DNA of 38,627 bases. It comes from an uncultured Dehalococcoidales bacterium. GTDB lineage: Bacteria > Chloroflexota > Dehalococcoidia > Dehalococcoidales > JAUXAP01. Positions 18,433 to 26,523 of the stretch are shown here, piece after piece. Location of the stretch: the NCBI GenBank assembly GCA_964598825.1, contig CAZRDI010000001.1:1-38627 (forward strand), read 5' to 3'. Within the stretch, counting starts at the first letter, position 1; every line of letters begins with the position of its first letter. A program made the position numbers and the translations under genes. The notes under the pieces are model-generated. The model saw only the letters and a list, made by a program, of their open reading frames with translations, had not been told where the DNA came from and ran no database searches.

Positions 18433-19428
18433 TTGGTCTTAATCTGGCTGAAGTTTGTTTTATGTGTCCTGATTATTTTCTTCTCGGGGAGAGCGGTAGC
18501 AAGATACGGGGACGTTATTGCCAATAAGACCGGGATTGGTGGGATGTGGGTCGGGGTTGTTCTGCTCGCCGTGGTTACATCACTGCCGGAACTTTTCACC
18601 GGGATAAGCGCTATTACCATAGTTGGCGAACCCGATTTGACCATTGGCGACCTGCTTGGTGCCAACAGCTTTAACCTTTTAAACCTGGCCCTGCTTGATA
18701 TGGCCTTCCGTAACGGCGTCATGCCAAAAGTAACCAGCCTGGGCCACCGGGTGACGGGGTGGTTTAGCCTGTGTCTGGTCCTGGTGGTTGCCGTTTCTAT
18801 CTTTGTCAGCAGTCGGTTTTCAACCATGGGCATAGGTTGGATAGGATGGTATACCCCCCTCCTCATCATCCTGTACGCCGTTTTTATGAGGGTGCTCTTC
18901 CGCTTTGAGCGGAGTCACCCCTCCCCGCAGGTGCCTGAGCCGGCTTATGGGGAGGTGTCTCTTAAGAAAGTCTATATCTATTTTGGTATAGCGGCTGCCT
19001 TTGTCATAGGCGCTGGAATCTGGCTGGCGATGATTGGTGCGGAGATAGCCGAGGTCACCAATCTGGGAAAAAGCTTCGTGGGCAGCATCTTTCTTGCTTT
19101 CACTACCAGCCTGCCTGAAATCACTGTCTCCTTCACCGCCGCGAGAATAGGTGCCATGGATATGGCCGTAGCTAATATGATAGGCAGCAACCTGTTTAAT
19201 ATGACTATTATTTCAGTAGACGACCTGTTTTACACAAAGGGCCCGGTGCTGGCTCATGTATCGGAAAGCCACCTCATTACCGCCCTCGTGGTAATACTGA
19301 TGACGGGGCTGTTTATTGTGGGGCTTCATTTCAAGCCAAGGCGATTTTTCCGGTTAAGCTGGTGGAACTGTGCCCTGATAGTCTTATTCTTCCTCGGCGC
19401 ATACTTTAGCTACAGGGGCCTGCTTTAA
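18433..19428 (+). CDS. Na+/Ca2+ exchanger family (CaCA, YrbG-like) membrane protein
   Basis: Two alpha-repeat signatures: VTSLPELFTGISA...GANSFNLL and TTSLPEITVSFTAA...GSNLFNM. The track start TTG 18415 would sit at or upstream of the predicted transcription start. An in-frame TTG at 18433 is preceded by AAGGAG (18421-18426) at 6-nt spacing, so I used it. The start remains uncertain between 18415 and 18433. Confidence 0.8.
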   Translation: MVLIWLKFVLCVLIIFFSGRAVARYGDVIANKTGIGGMWVGVVLLAVVTSLPELFTGISAITIVGEPDLTIGDLLGANSFNLLNLALLDMAFRNGVMPKVTSLGHRVTGWFSLCLVLVVAVSIFVSSRFSTMGIGWIGWYTPLLIILYAVFMRVLFRFERSHPSPQVPEPAYGEVSLKKVYIYFGIAAAFVIGAGIWLAMIGAEIAEVTNLGKSFVGSIFLAFTTSLPEITVSFTAARIGAMDMAVANMIGSNLFNMTIISVDDLFYTKGPVLAHVSESHLITALVVILMTGLFIVGLHFKPRRFFRLSWWNCALIVLFFLGAYFSYRGLL

Positions 19429-19474
19429 TTCTATCCTGTCCCGGAGAAAAAGGTGGTATAATTACCAAGGCCGT

Positions 19475-19564
19475 GGAGAGGTGTCCGAGTGGTTGATGGT
19501 GCCGCTCTCGAAAAGCGGTCTCCGCGTTTGCGGAGCGTGGGTTCGAATCCCACCCTCTCCGCCA
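19475..19564 (+). tRNA. tRNA-Ser (anticodon CGA), CCA encoded
   Basis: GGAGAGG TG ... CCGCT CTCGAAA AGCGG, a long variable arm TCTCCGCGTTTGCGGAGC, then GTGGG TTCGAAT CCCAC CCTCTCC G CCA. Confidence 0.9.
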
Positions 19565-19607
19565 TTCAGTAAAATAATAGAATATAAGCGGCCTTATCAC
19601 GTATTAC

Positions 19608-19695
<88 letters not shown>

Positions 19696-19745
19696 CTATT
19701 TTCCCCTTATGCTTCATTTCCCTTAATGGCCTTTAATTTAGCTCG

Positions 19746-19774
19746 TTGCGAAACGCTTTCACCTGAAGTATAAT
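19746..19774 (+). promoter_or_regulatory. sigma70-like promoter candidate of the nucleotidyltransferase gene
   Basis: TTGCGA (19746-19751), 17-nt spacer, TATAAT (19769-19774). Predicts a leader of about 60 nt. Confidence 0.45.
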
Positions 19775-19840
19775 CAATCCTCCGTATGTATTAATAAACG
19801 AGAGTTCACACGATATTTAGCTTCCTGAGAGAGGATTGGA

Positions 19841-20626
19841 TTGAACGCAGACAATAACAGCATACCAACACCATATCAAGACGTTAATTTGGTACTGCAG
19901 ACCTTACTTGATAACGTGCGAGTTGTCTTAGGTGATTACTTCATTGGTATGTACCTTTATGGTTCTCTCGCCAGTGGTGAGTTTGACCCTAGTCGTAGCG
20001 ATATCGACTTTCTCGTGGTCACCAGTGGTGAGTTACCCAATAATCTTATCTCAGATTTAGAGACCATGCACGCACGTATCTATGAAAGCGGTCTTGAATG
20101 GGCGACAAAGCTGGAGGGCTCATATGTACCAATAGATGCAATGCGTATGTACAGCCCAACCAGTCCAGCATGTCCTATGATTAATGAGGGTAAGTTTCAG
20201 GTTGTCCGCCATGACATTGATTGGGTAATAAACCGCTATATCCTATATAACAGTGGTGTGGTAATAGCTGGTCCATCCTTAGATACTTTAATTGATCCTG
20301 TGAAACCAGAAGAATTACGAAAAGCTGTATTATCTTTACTGCGCGATGTGTGGACTCCTTGGCTTTACAACCCCGACTTGTTCTCTGGTACGGGATACCA
20401 GCCGTTCGTAGTTCTTATGATGTGTCGCGCTTTGTATACATTGGAGCACGGAACTGTTGCGTCAAAACAACGTTCAGCGGAGTGGGTAATAGCAAGATCA
20501 GACAGGAAATGGGCTAGGCTTATCAATCAAGCCACAGCGTGGCACTATGGAGAGCCACCTGGAGACGTTCAGGAAACACAGGAATTCATGCGTTACATTC
20601 TGAAAGAAGCTGGACTACAACATTGA
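19841..20626 (+). CDS. Aminoglycoside nucleotidyltransferase-like protein (AadA/ANT family fold: NTase domain plus DUF4111-like C-domain)
   Basis: 261 aa, AadA-like in length. NTase motif GSLASGEFDPSRSDIDFLVV. The C-terminal helical domain follows the AadA pattern (W..........L.MCRALYTLEHG.V.SK..SAEWV). TTG start with GAGAGGA upstream. Substrate not inferable. Confidence 0.65.
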   Translation: MNADNNSIPTPYQDVNLVLQTLLDNVRVVLGDYFIGMYLYGSLASGEFDPSRSDIDFLVVTSGELPNNLISDLETMHARIYESGLEWATKLEGSYVPIDAMRMYSPTSPACPMINEGKFQVVRHDIDWVINRYILYNSGVVIAGPSLDTLIDPVKPEELRKAVLSLLRDVWTPWLYNPDLFSGTGYQPFVVLMMCRALYTLEHGTVASKQRSAEWVIARSDRKWARLINQATAWHYGEPPGDVQETQEFMRYILKEAGLQH

Positions 20627-20699
20627 ATTAATCAGACTACTCCCTTGATTAGGGGCAGCAAGAATTTGCCTGTATGGAGTTCCACCAACACCCTCTTAA

Positions 20700-20728
20700 T
20701 TGTCACCCGCCTGCCGCTATGTTAGAAT
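20700..20728 (+). promoter_or_regulatory. sigma70-like promoter candidate of dprA-topA, ending only about 10 nt before the dprA ATG
   Basis: TTGTCA (20700-20705), 17-nt spacer, TAGAAT (20723-20728). The dprA ATG is at 20738 with no Shine-Dalgarno between them. Confidence 0.35.
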
Positions 20729-20737
20729 TGCTTTGAT

Positions 20738-21859
20738 ATGACCAGTAAGGACATTAAATACCGGGTGGGCTTCAGCCTCATACCGGGCATCGGGCGGGTC
20801 AGGTTCAGCCAGCTTGAGAGCTTCTTTGACAGCCTTGAGGATGCCTGGCAGGCTTCCCCGTCCGACTTAAAACAGGCCGGTCTGGACAGGGGCGTGATAC
20901 GCGCCATCACTTCCTGGCGCCCCAAAATCTCCCTGGAGTACGAGATGGAGAAGCTGGAGCGCTACCGCGTGAAGGTGCTGATCTGGCACGACGCTGATTA
21001 CCCACCCCGCCTCAAGGAAATCTACGATTACCCGCCGATACTCTATGTCAGGGGTTCCCTGCTCCCCGAGGATGAGTGGTGCCTGGCGGTGGTGGGTACA
21101 CGCCGGGCCAGCGTCTACGGGAAACAGGTAACGGAGGAAATAGCTACCGACCTTGCCCGCAGTAAAATCACCATTGTCAGCGGCCTGGCTAAAGGTATTG
21201 ACTCGGTCGCCCACAATGCCGCCCTTGAAGCCGGCGGCAGGACTATCGCCATATTCGCCTGCGGGCTTGATATCGTTTACCCCGCTGAGAACGCTAATCT
21301 GGCGCGCCGCGTTATGCAGCAGGGAGCCATTATAAGTGAATACCCCCTGGGTACCAAGCCCAGAGCCGATAACTTCCCAAGGCGCAATCGCATAATGAGC
21401 GGGATGAGCCTGGGGGTGCTGGCTGTTGAAGCCGGGGAGAGCAGCGGAGCTTTGATTACCGCCCACATGGCATTAGAGCAAAACCGGGAGGTATTTGCTA
21501 TTCCGGGCAGTATTCTCTCGCCGGTCAGCAGGGGGACCAATCGTCTTATCCAGGAAGGAGCCAAGCTGGTGCGCGGTTACACCGACATTCTGGAGGAGCT
21601 GAACCTGACCGCCGTAGCCCACCAGATAGAGATGAAAGAGATTATACCGGCTTCCGACACCGAATCGCTGCTAATGAAGCAGTTGTCCGCCGAGCCGACC
21701 CATATTGACGAGGTCTGCCGCAGTAGCGGTCTGCCGATATCAGCCGTCAGCAGCACTCTGGCTATGATGGAAATTAAGGGTTTGATAAAGCAGGTGGGGG
21801 CTATGAACTACGTTCTGGCCCGGGAAGCAAGGGTGGAATACCAGGTAAAAGTGGAATAA
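20738..21859 (+). CDS. dprA: DNA-processing protein DprA (Smf)
   Basis: 373 aa. N-terminal SAM-like domain, the Rossmann core VVGTR..S.YG......LA..L......IVSGLA.GID..AH.AAL..GG.TIAV...G.D..YP..N, and a C-terminal winged-helix domain. Confidence 0.9.
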   Translation: MTSKDIKYRVGFSLIPGIGRVRFSQLESFFDSLEDAWQASPSDLKQAGLDRGVIRAITSWRPKISLEYEMEKLERYRVKVLIWHDADYPPRLKEIYDYPPILYVRGSLLPEDEWCLAVVGTRRASVYGKQVTEEIATDLARSKITIVSGLAKGIDSVAHNAALEAGGRTIAIFACGLDIVYPAENANLARRVMQQGAIISEYPLGTKPRADNFPRRNRIMSGMSLGVLAVEAGESSGALITAHMALEQNREVFAIPGSILSPVSRGTNRLIQEGAKLVRGYTDILEELNLTAVAHQIEMKEIIPASDTESLLMKQLSAEPTHIDEVCRSSGLPISAVSSTLAMMEIKGLIKQVGAMNYVLAREARVEYQVKVE

Positions 21860-23964
21860 TGGCAACGAAGAAAAAATTGGTTATAGTTGAATCGCCAGCT
21901 AAAGCCAGGACACTGGGCAGGATTCTGGGTCGTGGCTACAGCCTCAAGGCTTCGGTGGGTCATATAAGAGACCTGCCCCGGAGCCGGTTGGGAGTAGACG
22001 TAGAAAATGGCTTTGCGCCCCAGTATGTAGTGCCCAGGACTAAAAGCAAAGTCGTGCGTGAGCTTAAAAATGCCGTCAAGACTGCGTCCAGCGTATATCT
22101 TGCCACCGACCCGGACCGCGAGGGAGAAGCTATCTCCTGGCACCTGGCTGAGACAACCAAATCAGACGATACAGCCTACCACCGTGTCGTCTTCCACGAG
22201 ATAACCAGAGAAGCTATTGAGCATGCCTTTAAGCATCCCCGTTCCATAGATATGCAGCTGGTCAATGCGCAGCAGGCACGACGTATCCTTGACCGACTGG
22301 TCGGCTATAAGATTAGCCCGCTGCTATGGAGAAAGGTGAGGAGAGGGCTCTCGGCAGGCAGGGTTCAATCGGTGGCACTCAGAATTATCGTTGACCGTGA
22401 GCGGGAGATTCAAGGGTTCGTTCCGGTGGAATACTGGACTATTGACGCTGAGCTGACCAAAAAAGCTAAAAAGACAGCCTTTCGGGCAACGCTGGTAGGT
22501 CTTATTGGCAGTGGCAAGCTGGATATTCATAGCCAGCAGGAAGTGACGGAACTCACCGCTAAACTTGAGCAAGCCAGCTACGGCGTTATCAATGTTAAGA
22601 CTAAAAAGTCAAGCCGCCAGCCCGCCCCCCCGTTTATAACCAGCACTTTGCAGCAGGAGGCGTGGCGCAAGCTCCGCTTCAGCGCCAGACAGACTATGGC
22701 TGTTGCCCAGCAGCTTTACGAAGGGTTAAAGATTGGCAACGAAGGAAGCGTGGGGCTCATTACCTATATGCGAACCGACTCTACCCGTGTGGCTCACTCC
22801 GCCGTAGCTGAAACCAGGGAGTTCATCGGTAAGAAGTATGGCTCTGAATTTGTTCCGCCGCATGCCCGTGCCTTTACCAGAAAGGTCAAGGGAGCACAGG
22901 AGGCACACGAGGCTATTCGCCCTACTAAAATCCACCGGGAGCCGTCTCTGATTAAGCCCTATCTTAATAGCACCCAGTTTAGGCTCTACCGTCTCATCTG
23001 GCAGCGAATGGTGGCCAGCCAGATGGCGGCGGCACTATTTGATAACACCTCTGTCGACATTAAAGCCCGGTGCCCGGATACCAGCAACGCTTACCTGTTC
23101 AGAACCTCTACCTCTGAGCTCAGGTTTCCCGGCTTTATGACTCTCTATACCGAGGGCAGAGACGAGACTGAAAACGAGAGCCAAGGCTCCCCACTGCCCC
23201 ACCTGACGAAGGGCGATGCGCTTAAGCTACTTGGGCTTTCCCCCGAGCAGCATTTCACCCAGCCCCCACCCCGTTTCACTGAAGCTACTCTGGTTAAGAT
23301 GCTGGAGCAATGGGGCATCGGGCGTCCTAGCACCTACGCCCCTATCCTGTCCACGGTTCAGGAGCGCGAATATGTTACTAAGACTGGAGGCAAATTCCAG
23401 CCTACAGAACTCGGCTTTGTGATTAACGACCTGCTCAGCCAGTATTTCTCAGATATCGTTGATATTGAGTTCACCGCCCGTATGGAGGGTGAACTGGATG
23501 AAATAGCGCAGAAGAGCCGGGACTGGGTGGGTGTTGTTCAGGATTTCTACACACCCTTTGAGAAAAGCCTTGATAACGCCTCCCAGCTCATGGAGAAAGT
23601 AAAGCTGGCTGATGAACTGACCGATGAGGTCTGTCCTAAATGCGGCAAACCGATGGTAGTCAAGGTGGGTCGCTACGGAAAATTCCTGGCCTGCAGCGGT
23701 TACCCCGAGTGCAAATCCACCAAGCCGTTTCAGATTAAGCTCGGTGTCAAGTGTCCCGAATGTGGCAGTGAGATGGTTCAGAAAGTAAGCAGAAAGAAGC
23801 GCACCTTCTACGGCTGCAGCAATTATCCTAACTGCAAATTCGCCACCAATCTCAGACCCCTCCCCTATCCCTGCCCTAAGTGTGGCGGGCTACTCACCGT
23901 ATATCGGGGGAAACAGGCAAAATGCACCAAGTGCGCCTATAAGGGAAATGTTAAGCAGGACTAA
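21859..23964 (+). CDS. topA: DNA topoisomerase I (type IA) with three C-terminal zinc ribbons
   Basis: 701 aa. Toprim LVIVESPAKA..., DPDREGEAISWH, and active-site region YMRTDS. C-terminal CPKCG...C..YPECK, CPECG...CSNYPNCK and CPKCGG...CTKC. TAATG overlap with dprA. Confidence 0.95.
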   Translation: MATKKKLVIVESPAKARTLGRILGRGYSLKASVGHIRDLPRSRLGVDVENGFAPQYVVPRTKSKVVRELKNAVKTASSVYLATDPDREGEAISWHLAETTKSDDTAYHRVVFHEITREAIEHAFKHPRSIDMQLVNAQQARRILDRLVGYKISPLLWRKVRRGLSAGRVQSVALRIIVDREREIQGFVPVEYWTIDAELTKKAKKTAFRATLVGLIGSGKLDIHSQQEVTELTAKLEQASYGVINVKTKKSSRQPAPPFITSTLQQEAWRKLRFSARQTMAVAQQLYEGLKIGNEGSVGLITYMRTDSTRVAHSAVAETREFIGKKYGSEFVPPHARAFTRKVKGAQEAHEAIRPTKIHREPSLIKPYLNSTQFRLYRLIWQRMVASQMAAALFDNTSVDIKARCPDTSNAYLFRTSTSELRFPGFMTLYTEGRDETENESQGSPLPHLTKGDALKLLGLSPEQHFTQPPPRFTEATLVKMLEQWGIGRPSTYAPILSTVQEREYVTKTGGKFQPTELGFVINDLLSQYFSDIVDIEFTARMEGELDEIAQKSRDWVGVVQDFYTPFEKSLDNASQLMEKVKLADELTDEVCPKCGKPMVVKVGRYGKFLACSGYPECKSTKPFQIKLGVKCPECGSEMVQKVSRKKRTFYGCSNYPNCKFATNLRPLPYPCPKCGGLLTVYRGKQAKCTKCAYKGNVKQD

Positions 23965-23968
23965 TACC

Positions 23969-24892
23969 ATGCAGACAGTCTTTAATAAATACGTAAACTA
24001 CCTGGAGGCGGAGCGGAACGCTTCACCCTACACAGTGCGTAACTACACCACCGACCTGCTGGACTTCTTTAACTTCCTCAGTTCTAAAGAGATTAACTCG
24101 CTGAATGAGGTGGACAGGCACGTTCTGCGCGACTTTTTATCCCACCTCATAGAGCATGGCATCGTCAAGGCGAGTATCGCCCGTAAGCTGTCGGCTATTC
24201 GCTCTTTCTATCGCTATCTGCTGCGAGAGGAAATGGTATCCGCCAGTCCGGTAGAAGCTACCTCCTCACCCAAGCTGGACAAGCGTTTACCTTCATTTCT
24301 CTCTATAGACGAGATGAACCGGCTTCTGGAAGCCCCCGATTTGTCTACACCGCAGGGACAGCGGGACCGGGCTCTGCTGGAACTGCTTTACGCCTCCGGT
24401 CTCAGGGTAAGTGAGCTGGTAAAGCTAAACTTGGAGCAGCTTGACCTTGATAGCCGTGAAATCCGTGTCATGGGGAAGGGTTCCAAGGAGCGCATGGTCT
24501 TAATGGGTAAGCCAGCGGTCAGAGCCCTGAGTACTTACCTCAGGCAGAGCCGACCTAAGCTTTTTGGTACAAGGATAAGAATGACCAACGCCGTATTTAT
24601 TAACCGTTATGGAGAACGTTTGGCCAAACGGAGAGTGCAGAGAATACTGGGCAAATATGCCGGAATAGCCGGTATAGGGAAGAGAGTCCACCCGCACATG
24701 CTGCGCCATACCTTCGCCACCCACCTCCTTGACGGTGGGGCAGATTTGAGGGTCGTCCAGGAACTTCTGGGACACGCTAACCTGTCCTCCACCCAGATTT
24801 ATACCCACGTTAGCCAGAGCCAGGCAAGAAAAGTGTATCTATCGGCACACCCACTGGCAAAGGAAAAGGATAATGAGCCCGAAGATAACTAA
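23969..24892 (+). CDS. xerC: Tyrosine recombinase XerC/XerD family
   Basis: RKLSAIRSFYRYL, RDRALLELLYASGLRVSELV.L, and HMLRHTFATHLLDGGADLRVVQELLGHANLSSTQIYTHV (R..HxxR..Y catalytic set). The track start 23882 lies inside topA. ATG 23969, 5 nt after the topA stop, gives the usual 307 aa. Confidence 0.85.
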   Translation: MQTVFNKYVNYLEAERNASPYTVRNYTTDLLDFFNFLSSKEINSLNEVDRHVLRDFLSHLIEHGIVKASIARKLSAIRSFYRYLLREEMVSASPVEATSSPKLDKRLPSFLSIDEMNRLLEAPDLSTPQGQRDRALLELLYASGLRVSELVKLNLEQLDLDSREIRVMGKGSKERMVLMGKPAVRALSTYLRQSRPKLFGTRIRMTNAVFINRYGERLAKRRVQRILGKYAGIAGIGKRVHPHMLRHTFATHLLDGGADLRVVQELLGHANLSSTQIYTHVSQSQARKVYLSAHPLAKEKDNEPEDN

Positions 24893-25958
24893 TAGACTGC
24901 AGAGATTGCACCAGAAGCTCACCGAGAGCGGACTTGACGCTATTCTCGTCTCGCAGCCAGAGAATAGATATTACCTCTCCAGCTTTGATGGCTCGGCGGG
25001 TTATTTGTTAATCACGCCGCATGACGCAGTAATAGCCACCGATTTCCGCTACATAGAGCAGGTCAAAGTCCAGTCCCCCGACTATAGAATTTTTCAGATA
25101 ACCGGTGATGCCGCCAGGTGGTTTCCCGACCTGGTATCCGGGTTAAAGTCAAAAAGGCTGGGATTTGAAGCCGGCGATATTACCTTTACCATGTACCGAC
25201 GGTTCTCTGGTATACTAAAGGAAGCCCGGTTGCAGCTTGAGTTTGTCCCCACGGACGGGCTGGTAGAAACCCTGCGCTCTATAAAAGAGCCCGAGGAAAT
25301 TGAGCTTATTACCAGAGCCGCAGAAATAACCGACAGCACCTGCGACGATATTGAGAACTGGATTCGCGCCGGAATGACTGAGAAGGAAGCCGCCTGGGAG
25401 ATAGAGAAATCCCTGCGCGAGGGGGGCAGCCAGGGCATAGCCTTTGATGTTATTATTGCCTCCGGGCCCAATACGGCTTTACCCCATGCACAGCCCTCGG
25501 CACACCAGATTAACTCCGGGGAGCCGATATTAATCGATATTGGTGCCAGGGTTGAGGGCTACTGCGCCGACCTGAGCCGTACAATCTGTCTCGGCGCCCG
25601 TGACGATACCTTCAACAAGGTATATGACACTGTCCTCGGGGCGCAGCTGGCGGCAATAGCTATGATTAATGAGAACATGACCGGCGAGGAGGCCGACGGT
25701 ATAGCCAGGGAGGTAATAGAGCAGGGGGGCTACGGTGAAGCTTTCGGGCACAGTCTGGGTCACGGTGTCGGGCTGGCTCCTCACGAGCAGCCGCGGCTTG
25801 GGCCAGGGTCACCGGACCGTCTTGTCAACGGCATGGTGTTTACTATTGAACCGGGCATTTACCTACCCGGGTGGGGGGGAGTGAGAATCGAGGACTTAGC
25901 CGTAATGGAGGGCGGTAAAGTTAAATTACTTTCAGAAGCGAGGAAAATTTTAACATGA
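24873..25958 (+). CDS. pepP: M24-family Xaa-Pro aminopeptidase/dipeptidase
   Basis: 361 aa. Creatinase-like N-domain plus pita-bread metal ligands (D...D in IDIGARVEGYCADLSRT, HSLGHGVGL, E in FTIEPG, E in VRIED). pepP-efp adjacency is common in bacteria. Confidence 0.85.
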   Translation: MSPKITNRLQRLHQKLTESGLDAILVSQPENRYYLSSFDGSAGYLLITPHDAVIATDFRYIEQVKVQSPDYRIFQITGDAARWFPDLVSGLKSKRLGFEAGDITFTMYRRFSGILKEARLQLEFVPTDGLVETLRSIKEPEEIELITRAAEITDSTCDDIENWIRAGMTEKEAAWEIEKSLREGGSQGIAFDVIIASGPNTALPHAQPSAHQINSGEPILIDIGARVEGYCADLSRTICLGARDDTFNKVYDTVLGAQLAAIAMINENMTGEEADGIAREVIEQGGYGEAFGHSLGHGVGLAPHEQPRLGPGSPDRLVNGMVFTIEPGIYLPGWGGVRIEDLAVMEGGKVKLLSEARKILT

Positions 25959-26512
25959 TAAGCGGTAGCGAACTAAGAAAAGGCGTTATTATTGACCTGG
26001 AGGATAAGCTGTACCAGGTTATTGAGTACCAGCACGTAAAGATGAAGAGAACCGCTCTAGCAAAAGTGAAGCTTCGTGATATTCAGGGCGGTCACACTAT
26101 CGAGAGAACCTTCCAGTCGGGTGACAGGTTTACCCGTGCCCGCCTTGACTACCGCACCGTGCAATACCTCTATAATGATGGCAACCTGTATTATTTCATG
26201 GACGAGGAAACCTACGAGCAGACGCTTCTTAATGTTGAACAGCTCGATAATGCCACCGACTATCTAAAGGAAGGCATATCACTGGGGCTGACAAGCTACA
26301 AGGGTGAGCTGATGGGTGTGGAGCTGCCCATTACCGTAGAGCTTGAGGTAGTTGATACCGGCCCTGATTTTAAGGGTGACACGGCTACAGCCGGCACCAA
26401 GCCAGCCAAGCTGGAGACCGGCATCACCATACAGGTGCCCATGTTCATCACCAATGGAGATGTCGTCAAGATTGATACCCGTGATGGCCATTACTTAGAA
26501 AGGGTTAGTTGA
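25955..26512 (+). CDS. efp: Elongation factor P (atypical beta3-beta4 loop)
   Basis: 185 aa, three-domain bacterial EF-P: ...YQHVK....KVKLRD..G...E.TF......A....R..QYLY.DG....FMD.E.YEQ..., then GDTA..GTKPA.LETG..I.VP.F...GD...IDTR.G.Y..R. ATGA overlap with pepP. Confidence 0.95.
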   Translation: MISGSELRKGVIIDLEDKLYQVIEYQHVKMKRTALAKVKLRDIQGGHTIERTFQSGDRFTRARLDYRTVQYLYNDGNLYYFMDEETYEQTLLNVEQLDNATDYLKEGISLGLTSYKGELMGVELPITVELEVVDTGPDFKGDTATAGTKPAKLETGITIQVPMFITNGDVVKIDTRDGHYLERVS

Positions 26513-26523
26513 GATAAGGCGGA

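Noticed and set aside
18294-18869. 191-aa minus-strand ORF spanning the channel/CaCA intergenic region and the 5' part of the CaCA gene
   Set aside because: Antisense to the CaCA alpha-repeat region. It is Arg/Thr/Pro-rich with no RBS, and it would run through the predicted CaCA promoter.
20627-20660. TAATCA...TGATTA inverted repeat just after the nucleotidyltransferase stop as a terminator
   Set aside because: It is a 6-bp AT-rich stem with an 11-nt loop and no following T-tract. It is not convincing as an intrinsic terminator.
20867-21466. 199-aa minus-strand ORF (and 21277..21564) within dprA
   Set aside because: Antisense shadow of a high-GC gene; the DprA frame has all family motifs.
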